From Bdellovibrionales bacterium (GTDB taxonomy: Bacteria; Bdellovibrionota; Bdellovibrionia; Bdellovibrionales; UBA1609), in contig SKYF01000104.1 in the NCBI GenBank assembly GCA_007128005.1, positions 1,232-65,231 of the forward strand: DNA of 64,000 nt. Reading direction: 5' to 3'. The notes under the pieces were generated by a model. It worked only from the letters and a program-made list of their open reading frames with translations, did not search any database and had not been told where the DNA came from. Below are positions 39,732 to 49,007 of this stretch, one piece after another. The position numbers and the translations under genes were made by a program. The stretch's first letter is position 1, and each line of letters begins with the position of its first letter.

Positions 39732-40244
39732 ATGATTCATTCAGCAAGTCTATCCATTGTAGCTATTCCCGGATTGATTCTGCTCGCTGGAGTCATTGAT
39801 GACCTGCGCTCAAAAAAGATTCACAACAAACTTGTACTTGCAGCTTTTCTGCTGGCAGTGGTTAGCCAATCCGTGATTCACGGCTTAGGGGCCTTGCCAC
39901 AAGCGGGACTGGCTGTGGGAGCTGCTTTTTTTGTGAGCCTTCCCCTGGTTCTGGCTCGGGCTCTAGGAGCCGGAGATATGAAACTGCTAATGGCTCTGGC
40001 CCCACTTTTTTTATGGACAGATATCCTGTGGATGTTCTTTTACGCTCTCATCTGGGGCGCTCTTTTGGGAATCATTCGCTCCATGCTACAGGGCCAAGCA
40101 GGACAGCTTGTCAGGAACACCTTGGCGCTCACCGGACCCAATCGACCCGATCGCCAGTCTCTTCAGAGTATCCCTTTTTCCGTAGCTCTCCTCTTTGGCT
40201 GGATGACTCACTTGAGCTGGCTGCAAATGGGGGGGTATCTATGA
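39732..40244 (+). CDS. tadV: A24-family prepilin peptidase (TadV/CpaA)
   Basis: 170 aa, polytopic, with both catalytic Asp contexts (GVIDDLRSKKI and LGAGDMKLLMAL). Confidence 0.85.
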   Translation: MIHSASLSIVAIPGLILLAGVIDDLRSKKIHNKLVLAAFLLAVVSQSVIHGLGALPQAGLAVGAAFFVSLPLVLARALGAGDMKLLMALAPLFLWTDILWMFFYALIWGALLGIIRSMLQGQAGQLVRNTLALTGPNRPDRQSLQSIPFSVALLFGWMTHLSWLQMGGYL

Positions 40245-40486
40245 GAAACTCCTCCGGCCAGATGCTCGTAGAGACCATCCTGATTATGGCTTTGCTATTA
40301 GCTGTTTTCTTGCTTCTTGTAGGACAGTTTCGCAGCAATGAGCTGGCGGCTCGGCTTGTCACCAGCCCCTGGGTTCACCTCTCCGGACTTATCCAAAACG
40401 GAGTTTGGGGCCCTCCCTCCCAGTCCATGCTGGTTCATCCGGAAAATGTTTCTCGGCAGAGATCTGAGAGGGGGGACGACCTATGA
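40241..40486 (+). CDS. TadE-like pseudopilin
   Basis: The ATG at 40241 overlaps the peptidase stop (ATGA) and gives MRNSSGQMLVETILIMALLLAVFLLLVG. The longer track ORF (from 40013) is an out-of-frame read-through of the peptidase gene. Confidence 0.7.
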   Translation: MRNSSGQMLVETILIMALLLAVFLLLVGQFRSNELAARLVTSPWVHLSGLIQNGVWGPPSQSMLVHPENVSRQRSERGDDL

Positions 40487-41145
40487 CATCCTCAGGATTT
40501 GCAGCAAAGCAAGGTCGAGCCGCAAGAGGAATGATTGCCTTGGATTTTCTATTTGCCCTGGTTCTTATAATGGGACTGACGAGCATACTGTTCTCCCTGG
40601 CCCTCACTCTGACCGCAGCCAGTATCACCCAGTACATCACCTATGCTTCCGCCAGACAATACTATGCCGCTCACTTGACAACTACAACCCAAACTCAGTT
40701 GGCGTTGGCAAAATACAACTCTCTTCTACAAAATCCCGCTCTCAGTGGCCTATACCGCATTGGCTGGTTTGAGGTGGGAAGAAATCCCCTGCCGGGAGAT
40801 ATGACTCAGGAAGATCTGGTGGGAATGGGCTATGAGCAACAGGGACAGAACAAACTGACTCGATTCATCGGCATTGCCACTCCCTTTACGGCCAAAATTC
40901 TTGACCGCAGTATTCCATTTTTAGGAGAAACTTACTCCGAGGATCTTGGTGCCTCGGCAAGGGAGCGATTTAAGATTTATATTGGCTCCTACCTTGGAAG
41001 AAGCCCTTCGCTCTATGAGTGTCAGACCTTTATGCGTCACGATGAGAGATTTCAAGCTATTCTCGACCTCAGCTCAGGGGCAGGCAAGTATGGAGATTTT
41101 ATTAACAATGTTGGCTATCACCTCATTTCGGACAACGGGTGCTAA
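40483..41145 (+). CDS. TadE/TadG-like pilus assembly protein
   Basis: N-terminal GRAARGMIALDFLFALVLIMGLTSILF (pseudopilin-like, with D in place of E). 4-nt overlap with the previous gene. Confidence 0.55.
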   Translation: MTSSGFAAKQGRAARGMIALDFLFALVLIMGLTSILFSLALTLTAASITQYITYASARQYYAAHLTTTTQTQLALAKYNSLLQNPALSGLYRIGWFEVGRNPLPGDMTQEDLVGMGYEQQGQNKLTRFIGIATPFTAKILDRSIPFLGETYSEDLGASARERFKIYIGSYLGRSPSLYECQTFMRHDERFQAILDLSSGAGKYGDFINNVGYHLISDNGC

Positions 41146-41146
41146 G

Positions 41147-41629
41147 ATGAAAGCCTATAAAGATTCAGAAAAAGGCATTGCCACCATTGAGATCCTGCCC
41201 CTCCTGATCGTCTTTGTCATTTTGATCAGCTATGGCTTAGGCCTCTACGGAGCTATCCACACGGCCATCCTCCACTCAATTGCGGCAAGATCCTATGCCT
41301 TTCACACCTTTAACTTTAGAGCCGACACCAGCCTGTTTAGCGACCGGGCGATCAACCAGGGATCTATTGTTCACTATCAGAATATTGGCTTTCGCACCCA
41401 CTTTATTGTGCGGGAGAATTACGACACTGGCGACCAAGTCATCCCCTCCGAGCGCCCCATTGCGGTGGGCCGACTGAGGGAGCCCGCTGAGGCTGGGGGC
41501 AACAAGGAGATTCTCCACAACGAGCGGGTGATGGCAATTTCAGGACGAAATCGAAATGTTGAAGTGGACCCCATGTGGATCATGGTGGCCTATGGTCTTT
41601 GTATTCGACAGTCCTGTGGGGGGGATTAG
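41147..41629 (+). CDS. TadE-like pseudopilin
   Basis: The ATG at 41147 gives MKAYKDSEKGIATIEILPLLIVFVILISYG. The track ORF start at 40946 lies inside the previous gene. Confidence 0.65.
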   Translation: MKAYKDSEKGIATIEILPLLIVFVILISYGLGLYGAIHTAILHSIAARSYAFHTFNFRADTSLFSDRAINQGSIVHYQNIGFRTHFIVRENYDTGDQVIPSERPIAVGRLREPAEAGGNKEILHNERVMAISGRNRNVEVDPMWIMVAYGLCIRQSCGGD

Positions 41630-41632
41630 AAA

Positions 41633-42475
41633 ATGAATCACAATGAAACTCGTACACTTTGGATCAGCATTTTCGCAGCCCTGTTTGCCGTTTTCCTGCT
41701 CTATAGCTACACTCAGGAAAAGAGCTCACAGCTGACTCGCCAATTTGGGGCCAAGCAGAGAGTGGTCATTGCCGCTGTGGATATCAACGAAATGCAGACC
41801 ATTGATGAGACCATGCTCCAAATTGTTGAGCGTCCCATTGATTTTGTACAGCCCAGCGCCTTTACTAACCCTGAAGCCGTGGTGGGAATGGTGGCCCTGG
41901 CTCCCATTCGTAAAGATGAACAAGTCCTAGAAAATAAGGTGATGGAGCCTGGCCCTTTGACTGGGCTATCCCTTCAAGTGGCTCCCACCCGGCGGGCCGT
42001 CACCATCCCCATTGATGAGATGCGCGGAGTGGCCAAGCTGATTAAGCCTGGGGATAGAGTGGACATCATCGCCGCCCTGGATGTGGGTCGAGGAGTCAAT
42101 CAGCGCCGAGAGGTGAAGACTCTAATGCAGGATGTAGTGATTCTGGCGACAGGCCTTCGTGTGGTCCATGAGCTACCCCGCCTGTACGAACTTCAGGGGC
42201 GTTCGGAATATGTGAGAAACCTGCGGGCCGACACCAACTTCTCAACCATTACCATTGAGGCCAGCCCCAAAGAGGCCCAGGATCTCATCTATATACTTTC
42301 AACATCACCGGCCTCCCTGTTTTTAACCCTGAGGCACCCCAGCGATCACCAGAAGTCCACACTTCCAGCAAGCACCATTGAGAGCGTTCTAGGCCAGGTC
42401 AATCCACCAGCTCTGCAGCAGGGGATACGCCAACCCGCAGCCAGTCCTGCAGGTCAGCCTAGGAGAGGAAGATAA
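41633..42475 (+). CDS. cpaB: Flp pilus assembly protein CpaB/RcpC
   Basis: N-terminal TM, a SAF-like segment (VVIAAVDINEMQTIDETML), and an RcpC-like region (VTIPIDEMRGVAKLIKPGDRVDIIA). Confidence 0.8.
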   Translation: MNHNETRTLWISIFAALFAVFLLYSYTQEKSSQLTRQFGAKQRVVIAAVDINEMQTIDETMLQIVERPIDFVQPSAFTNPEAVVGMVALAPIRKDEQVLENKVMEPGPLTGLSLQVAPTRRAVTIPIDEMRGVAKLIKPGDRVDIIAALDVGRGVNQRREVKTLMQDVVILATGLRVVHELPRLYELQGRSEYVRNLRADTNFSTITIEASPKEAQDLIYILSTSPASLFLTLRHPSDHQKSTLPASTIESVLGQVNPPALQQGIRQPAASPAGQPRRGR

Positions 42476-43944
42476 TGAGATTTTTATTACTTATATTTTT
42501 TATAATTCCCAGCCTGTCTGTGGCTCAAGCCAATAGATCAGGAACTGAAACCCGGGATATAGATCTCTATGTGGGACTACCTCACGATGAAACTCTTCCT
42601 CGTCTTCCTGGAAGCTTTGACCTCAGTGGTACCTATCGCTCGGTGACGCGAATTGAAACCCGACGAGGACAAAGCCAGCTGAGGTTTGTACCCACCAAAG
42701 AGGGCATTGGAACGGTTATTATTAAGGACAAAAACACCGGACAGATCGTCTATCAGCTCACTGTCAGAGTGGGCAAAACTGACCTGCAGCGAGTGGCTCG
42801 CGAAATCAGAAGCCTTCTGTCCACTATCGAGGGTGTTACTGTTCGAGTTTTGAACAACCGAGTCGTGGTCGATGGCCAAATCTTGCTTCCTTCGGATATG
42901 AAACGAATTCACAGTGTGGTCAAACAGTACGGTCCCCTGGCCACAACCCTAGTGACCCTAAGCCCCATTGCACAAAACAAGATTGCCGAGATCATTGAAA
43001 GAGACATCAACAATCCAGAAATCTACGTTCGAGCTGTCAACGGCAAATTTATCCTCGATGGAATGGCCAATAGCCCTGAGGAGAGAGATCGAGCTGAAAT
43101 TATAGCTAAGATGTATGTCCCCGACGTGGTGGTGGAAGAAGCCGTAGCCGATAAGAGGGTGTTGGAGCGAAGAACGGATGTCGTGATCAATTTAATCAAG
43201 ATCAAACAGGCCGCCGCTCCCGAACCAGAGAAGATCATCCAAATGGTGATTCACTTTGTGGAGCTGCAAAAGGATTACACCAGAGGCTTTCGCTTTCAGT
43301 GGACACCAGATATTGGCGATGGCTCTACCCTTCAATTCTCAACAGGAGGACGCTCTCCCGGAGGACTTGTGGGGACACTGACGGGAACCATCTCCAACCT
43401 GCTTCCTAAGCTCAACTGGGCCAAGCAACATGGCTTTGCCAGAGTCCTACAGAGTTCAAGTCTGATTGTCCAAGATGGCCGCCAGGGCACCCTGAACTCT
43501 CTGACCCGAGTCCCCTATCAGGTGATCAGCGCCACCGGTCAGCCGGGAACCAACTTTGAGGAAGTGGGCTTGAGAACCAATATCACTCCTCAGGTAATGG
43601 GGGCGCGGTCTGACAGCGTACGACTCGATATGAACTTTTCCGTCAAAAATCTGCTCAGCTACACAGACCAAGGTCCTCTGACCTCAAGTCGAGAGATCAA
43701 CACCATGATACATGTGCGCAGCGGCCAAAGTGCGGCCGTTGGGGGTCTTATTTCCAGCGACACGGGCACAAACTACAACAAACTGCCCTCCAATGCCTCG
43801 CAGAACCCGATCTTTAGCCTCTACGCCTCAAGGGACTTCCGCAACAATCAAAGCCAGTTTGTGGTCTTTGTCACTCCGAGCATTCGAGCCTCGGCCAGTC
43901 AGGGATCAGATCGAATCAAGCAGAAGTTCCGCCTCCCAGACTAA
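42475..43944 (+). CDS. cpaC: Tad secretin CpaC/RcpA
   Basis: Signal peptide and a C-terminal secretin domain (VRSGQSAAVGGLISSD...QFVVFVTPSI). Confidence 0.85.
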   Translation: MRFLLLIFFIIPSLSVAQANRSGTETRDIDLYVGLPHDETLPRLPGSFDLSGTYRSVTRIETRRGQSQLRFVPTKEGIGTVIIKDKNTGQIVYQLTVRVGKTDLQRVAREIRSLLSTIEGVTVRVLNNRVVVDGQILLPSDMKRIHSVVKQYGPLATTLVTLSPIAQNKIAEIIERDINNPEIYVRAVNGKFILDGMANSPEERDRAEIIAKMYVPDVVVEEAVADKRVLERRTDVVINLIKIKQAAAPEPEKIIQMVIHFVELQKDYTRGFRFQWTPDIGDGSTLQFSTGGRSPGGLVGTLTGTISNLLPKLNWAKQHGFARVLQSSSLIVQDGRQGTLNSLTRVPYQVISATGQPGTNFEEVGLRTNITPQVMGARSDSVRLDMNFSVKNLLSYTDQGPLTSSREINTMIHVRSGQSAAVGGLISSDTGTNYNKLPSNASQNPIFSLYASRDFRNNQSQFVVFVTPSIRASASQGSDRIKQKFRLPD

Positions 43945-43969
43945 AGCCCTAGCTAAACCCATAACTTCT

Positions 43970-43996
43970 TAAAGAACTTCCTAGAAACGCCGATAG
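43970..43996 (+). promoter_or_regulatory. sigma-28 (FliA)-like promoter motif upstream of the CpaE-CpaF gene
   Basis: TAAA (43970-43973), exactly 15 nt of spacer, then GCCGATAG (43989-43996), compared with the consensus TAAA-N15-GCCGATAA. Lies in the 66-nt gap after the secretin. It ends only about 8 nt before the SD GGAGG. Confidence 0.4.
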
Positions 43997-44010
43997 GAAA
44001 ACCTGGAGGT

Positions 44011-46287
44011 GTGGCTGTGGCTCTACATCAAAACTGTCACCTAATCGGTGTTGTTGGCGGCAAGGGCGGGGTGGGAAAAAGCGTTTTTGCGGCCAATTTA
44101 GCCTGCGCCACCCTTCTTGAGATGCGAGCCAAGACCCTACTGATTGATCTAGACGCCAAGAGCTGCGGTGATCAAAGCATTATCTTGGGACTTCGCCCTC
44201 CCAAAAACATTATGGACATCACCAACTCTTCTGTTGCCGTGAACCCTCAGTCCTTGAGCAGCTTGGTAGGACAGCACCCCTCGGGGCTATCCTATATCAG
44301 TGCGGTCAGCAGCCCAGATCAGAGCTTGAATGTGGCCCCAGACCTACTGCGCAAACAGATTTTTTCCCTCAGCCATTTCTACAGCTTTATTATTGTGGAC
44401 CTGGGCTGTGATATCACCCCCGCACAGATGGCCATATTTCAAGATGCCAGTGCCGTTGTCTTGGTCACCACTCCCGAAGTATTGGTTGTCAATCAGACCC
44501 GTAAGCTGCTCAATGACATGATGGCCGCCACCCTTCCTGCTGAACTCTTTCAGGTGGTTTTAAACAAAGTCAGTCGCACCGGTTTAGATCCAAGGGCAAT
44601 TTCTCAAAGTCTCGGGCGGCCCATCATCGGATCCATACCCCAAGACGATATCACCGCCTACGCAGCTCTTCAGCGCTCCACTCCCTTTGTCATTGGGGCT
44701 CCCAACACTCCACTCAGCGCCGCGCACCACGAAGTGGTCCGCCGTCTGACAGGGGGTATCTTACAGAAACTCAAGGCTTTGAGCCGACCCCAACTGAAAT
44801 TTGGCTCTGAGAAGGCAGGAGGCTCCTCCGGCAAGTCCCTACCCACAAAAACTTCAGAGGGGCCTGCCACGAGGAGGGGGGTGTCCTCTGGCAAACAGCG
44901 AGACCCCATCACCCTACTCAAGCTGCAAATCCATAGCGAGCTGATCAAGGAGATGGATCTGAAGAAGGATGTCTCCAACACTCAAGGCGACCCCGAAAAG
45001 GAAAAAGAACTTAGACAAAAAACCCAGAGAGTCATCACTCAGGTGACCGACAAGCTGGGACAGGGTCTCTCCCGAGAGGAGCGCTCACGAGTGATTAAGG
45101 AAGTCCTGGATGAATCTTTGGGTCTAGGCCCCCTAGAGGACCTTCTGGCAGACCCCACAGTCACTGAGATTATGGTGAATGGAGCTGACAAGATCTATAT
45201 GGAAAAAAATGGCAAATTGACCTTGAGCCAAATCACCTTTACTTCGAATCTGCAACTGCGCAATGTGATTGAGAGAATCGTAACCCCCTTAGGGCGACGA
45301 ATTGATGAAAAGACCCCTTATGTGGATGCCAGGCTTGCTGACGGCAGCAGGGTCAATGCTGTCATCGAGCCCCTGTCCATTGATGGGCCAGCTGTCACTA
45401 TCCGTAAATTTCCCCAGGACCGCATCACGGCTGACGACTATGTCACACGCTTCAACTCTATGACCAAGCCGATGGTTGATTTTCTGAGAATCTGCATCGA
45501 ACAGGGCTTGAATGTGATTATATCTGGCGGCACGGGCTCCGGTAAAACAACTCTGCTCAATGTGCTTTCCGGCTTTATTCCGAGCAATGAGCGAATCATC
45601 ACCGTTGAAGACGCCGCCGAACTCCAGCTCAAACAGGAGCATGTGGTTCGGTTGGAAACTCGTCCCGCCAATATGGAGGGCACTGGGGAAATCTCGATCC
45701 GCGACCTGATCCGCAATTCTCTGAGGATGCGCCCGGACCGGATCGTGGTGGGCGAGTGTCGCGATGGGGCCGCACTCGACATGCTTGCAGCTATGAACAC
45801 CGGCCACGATGGTTCAATGACCACGGTTCACTCCAACAGCCCAAAGGAGGCCGTCAGCCGCCTGGAAACTCTGTGTCTGATGGCTGGAATGGAGTTGCCT
45901 GCCAAGGCTATCCGGGAGCAGATTTCTGGAGCCGTTGATTTGATCATTCAAATCAGTCGTCTCAGTGATGGCAGTAGAAAGATCACCAGTATCACCGAGG
46001 TCGTCGGCATGCAGGGCGATGCCATCACCCTTCAAGAGATCTTTCGCTTTAAAGAAGAGGGCTTTGATAAAAACCGAAAAATCATTGGCCGCTTTCAGCC
46101 CATGGGATTGATTCCCACATTTATTGAAAAATTTGAGCAGCGAGGTGTGATGATCCCTAGAAATCTCTTTACAGGGGAGGCCGGCGGTGGAGCCACGCAG
46201 ACTCCCTCTGGGCAAAAGCCAGGACCCCCACGATTCACTCCAGGAGCTCGCCCCCCGCTTAAGAAAGCCAGTGGAGGGGATAGCTGA
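44011..46287 (+). CDS. fused CpaE/TadZ-like ParA/MinD ATPase + CpaF/TadA secretion ATPase
   Basis: The N-terminal ~250 aa carry the deviant Walker [11 protein letters not shown] Ser/Gly/Lys-rich linker follows. The C-terminal ~430 aa are CpaF-like ([14 protein letters not shown], Walker [38 protein letters not shown]). The start may be the GTG at 44017, which has better SD spacing. Confidence 0.85.
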   Translation: MAVALHQNCHLIGVVGGKGGVGKSVFAANLACATLLEMRAKTLLIDLDAKSCGDQSIILGLRPPKNIMDITNSSVAVNPQSLSSLVGQHPSGLSYISAVSSPDQSLNVAPDLLRKQIFSLSHFYSFIIVDLGCDITPAQMAIFQDASAVVLVTTPEVLVVNQTRKLLNDMMAATLPAELFQVVLNKVSRTGLDPRAISQSLGRPIIGSIPQDDITAYAALQRSTPFVIGAPNTPLSAAHHEVVRRLTGGILQKLKALSRPQLKFGSEKAGGSSGKSLPTKTSEGPATRRGVSSGKQRDPITLLKLQIHSELIKEMDLKKDVSNTQGDPEKEKELRQKTQRVITQVTDKLGQGLSREERSRVIKEVLDESLGLGPLEDLLADPTVTEIMVNGADKIYMEKNGKLTLSQITFTSNLQLRNVIERIVTPLGRRIDEKTPYVDARLADGSRVNAVIEPLSIDGPAVTIRKFPQDRITADDYVTRFNSMTKPMVDFLRICIEQGLNVIISGGTGSGKTTLLNVLSGFIPSNERIITVEDAAELQLKQEHVVRLETRPANMEGTGEISIRDLIRNSLRMRPDRIVVGECRDGAALDMLAAMNTGHDGSMTTVHSNSPKEAVSRLETLCLMAGMELPAKAIREQISGAVDLIIQISRLSDGSRKITSITEVVGMQGDAITLQEIFRFKEEGFDKNRKIIGRFQPMGLIPTFIEKFEQRGVMIPRNLFTGEAGGGATQTPSGQKPGPPRFTPGARPPLKKASGGDS

Positions 46288-47168
46288 TGGTCAACTTCCT
46301 CGTCAGTAATGAGTTCTTGCTGATCCCCCTTTTCGCTGTGGCTGTCTTTGTGGTCTCCTATCTGAATCTTGACCGCATCCTTGATTTTCTACACCGCAAG
46401 AGCCTCGGCAGTCGGGAAGAGGTTTTGCGCCTAATGGACTTGATGTTCGTAGAGACCGACCGCAATAAAGTGACTCTTGCCATGCTGCTGATGAGCTTTG
46501 GACTCGGGGCTTTGTTTTTTTTGGTGGCTTGGCCCAATATCCTTGCAGGTTTCTTTTTTGGTAGTCTCATCACTATGATGGGCTGGTCCGTGCCCAAACT
46601 AGTGATCACGGCCCTTTGGCAGAATCGATGCAATACAGTTGTTGACCAGATGGTCGATGGTCTTACGATCATGGCCAATGGAGTCAAATCGGGTCTAAGT
46701 GTCACTCAGTCCATGGAGAGAGTGGTGGAGAGTATGGGAGGACCCTTAGGCCAGGAGTTTGGTCTTGTCCTCAAAAAAATTCGCCTTGGGATGACTTTAG
46801 AGGAAGCGCTCACTGAGTTTGCCGAACGCGTCCCTCAACAGGACGTTCAAATGTTTGTCACTGGCGTCAATATCCTTAAGGAAACTGGTGGGAATCTGGC
46901 TGAAACCTTTCAGACCATTGTGACGACAATCCGTGAGCGGCAAAAAATCCATAAAAAGATTAAGGCCATGACCCAAATGGCTACCACCCAGGCCATCATC
47001 ATTGTGATGGTGCCTTTTGTCCTGCTCGGTATCTTTGCCGTGGCAGACCCGGCCTACGTCAAGCCCCTTTTCACCTCGGTTTTAGGCTGGATTGCCCTGC
47101 TTTTAATACTCTTTTTGCAAGTAATCGGTGGAGTATTTATGAAAAAAATTGTTACAATTAAAGTGTAA
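46287..47168 (+). CDS. tadB: TadB-type T2SSF platform protein
   Basis: T2SSF cytoplasmic domain (ANGVKSGLSVTQSMERV...LGMTLEEALTEFAERV...LKETGGNLAETF) flanked by TM segments. ATGA overlap with the ATPase gene. Confidence 0.85.
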   Translation: MVNFLVSNEFLLIPLFAVAVFVVSYLNLDRILDFLHRKSLGSREEVLRLMDLMFVETDRNKVTLAMLLMSFGLGALFFLVAWPNILAGFFFGSLITMMGWSVPKLVITALWQNRCNTVVDQMVDGLTIMANGVKSGLSVTQSMERVVESMGGPLGQEFGLVLKKIRLGMTLEEALTEFAERVPQQDVQMFVTGVNILKETGGNLAETFQTIVTTIRERQKIHKKIKAMTQMATTQAIIIVMVPFVLLGIFAVADPAYVKPLFTSVLGWIALLLILFLQVIGGVFMKKIVTIKV

Positions 47169-47193
47169 GCGACAGTTCCTAAAGGAGTTAAAC

Positions 47194-48972
47194 ATGAAGT
47201 TTAATCTGCTCTTGTCCACGGTTTTTGGACTCTTTGTCTCTCAGGCCGCTCTTGGCCTTGTGGATATGAAAAATGCCAACTTTTCCACTACCTTTACGGA
47301 CATCCAAGTCCCTGGGTCGGGCTATGACCTGCGCATTCAGCGCACCTACAACAGCCGCACGATCTTTAGCGGAATTTTTGGCTATGGCTGGTGCTCAGAC
47401 TTTGAGACCAAGCTTCAGGTCACCGCTGAGGGCAACCTCATGGTCACCGAATGTGGTGGGGGACTGGAGATCAACTATACGGCTCAGGATTTTGACCCAA
47501 AGGCTGTGGGCAACACCATCAATACCATTCTCGCAGAAGTAAAAAAGCGCAACCCCAGTATGAGCGAGCAGGCCCTCAATAAGCTTCGCGAGGAAATGCA
47601 GACCAACCAGTTTTTAAGGGAAGAGTTTGCCAGACAGTTAAATCTCACTGGACAAGCCAGTCCGGGAACGAGGTATTCAGCAAGTGGCCGAGAAAGTGAA
47701 AATATCGTCCTGCGCGAAGGGGTTTACGTTCGCACACTTGATGATGGAAGTTTTGAGCGATTCAATCAAAATGGTCAGCTGATCCAGCTCAATGACCGAG
47801 CCGGAAACTACTTAAAAGTCGACTGGAATAACAACCAAATCACCCGCATCACTGACAACAATGGGCGCCAGCTAGTCTTTCACTACGATCCCAAGACAAG
47901 GCGAGTGGCTCGCATTACAGGCCCTGGAGAGCTCAGAGCCACTTATAAATTTGATAGTGAGAACCTGACTGAGGTCACCAATGCATGGAATGAGACCTTC
48001 AAATATAGGTATGATGATCTCCACAATATCGTGCGCATTGACTATCCGGACAAGACTTACCAGGAATTGAGGTACAATAGAGATCGAGATTGGGTGGTTG
48101 GTTTTAGGGATCGCCGGGGCTGCGTTGAAACCTACAATTATGAATCCAACCCCAGAGACCCTAACAATCACTTCTGGTCCACTGTCCAAAAGAAGTGTGG
48201 GGACGAAGTGGTCAACAACAGCCGCTATGAATTTTGGCACAGACCACGAACCGATGGGCCCGGACAGTATCTGCATCGCGTGCGCTCAGATAACAACGGT
48301 GTGATTACAGATATTGTCTACCACCCGGTTTTTGGACTGCCACTTTCAATTGTGAGGAATTCCGAGCGAACAACTTACACCTATAGAAACAACGGACAGG
48401 TGGCGACTAAAGAGGAACCTTTCCGGCATACGACTTTTGCTTATAAAAATCGGTGCAACAAGGTCTCAGACGTCCTCGTCCGCTATTTGGGGCCCGCGGA
48501 GGATCAACTGACCCCCGCCCAAAGGGCTCAGTTGCAGCAACAAAGAGAGGCCGCCAGTGTTGAGGGCAAAGGCAAAGCCACAGCTAAAGCCAGAGCAGAG
48601 ACTTTTCAGGGGCGCGAGGTCTTGAAGACAATCAGAACTCAATACGAGTACAACCATCCCCGTTGCTTTTTGGTCAGAGCAAGAAACTCAGAGGGTCAAA
48701 ATATCACCTTGGCCTATGATGGACGAGGACGCATCAACCGCATTCGCGATCAAGCTCGTAGGGAAATACGGATTGACTATGAGGAGCGCTTTGGCAAGCC
48801 CTCACGGGTGCACCGTCCGGGAATGGGGACCATGGTTGTGACCTACGGCCCTGACGGTGAGATCACCAATGTGGACAGTAAGGAGGGGCCCACCGTAGCC
48901 CTTCAGGTGGCAACTGTATTTAACGGCTTATTGGAAATGATCGCCCCCGCAGTGGGCGACACAAATATATAG
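47194..48972 (+). CDS. secreted YD/RHS-repeat protein (no recognisable toxin tip)
   Basis: ATG at 47194 after AAAGGAG, with a signal peptide (LFVSQAALG). Multiple YD repeats are present (VFHYDPKTRRVARITGPG, TYKFDSENLTEVTN, KYRYDDLHNIVRIDYPD). The track ORF start at 47149 lies inside tadB. Confidence 0.8.
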   Translation: MKFNLLLSTVFGLFVSQAALGLVDMKNANFSTTFTDIQVPGSGYDLRIQRTYNSRTIFSGIFGYGWCSDFETKLQVTAEGNLMVTECGGGLEINYTAQDFDPKAVGNTINTILAEVKKRNPSMSEQALNKLREEMQTNQFLREEFARQLNLTGQASPGTRYSASGRESENIVLREGVYVRTLDDGSFERFNQNGQLIQLNDRAGNYLKVDWNNNQITRITDNNGRQLVFHYDPKTRRVARITGPGELRATYKFDSENLTEVTNAWNETFKYRYDDLHNIVRIDYPDKTYQELRYNRDRDWVVGFRDRRGCVETYNYESNPRDPNNHFWSTVQKKCGDEVVNNSRYEFWHRPRTDGPGQYLHRVRSDNNGVITDIVYHPVFGLPLSIVRNSERTTYTYRNNGQVATKEEPFRHTTFAYKNRCNKVSDVLVRYLGPAEDQLTPAQRAQLQQQREAASVEGKGKATAKARAETFQGREVLKTIRTQYEYNHPRCFLVRARNSEGQNITLAYDGRGRINRIRDQARREIRIDYEERFGKPSRVHRPGMGTMVVTYGPDGEITNVDSKEGPTVALQVATVFNGLLEMIAPAVGDTNI

Positions 48973-49007
48973 ATTTTAATTTTTTGACTCTAAGGAGATA
49001 GAACAAT

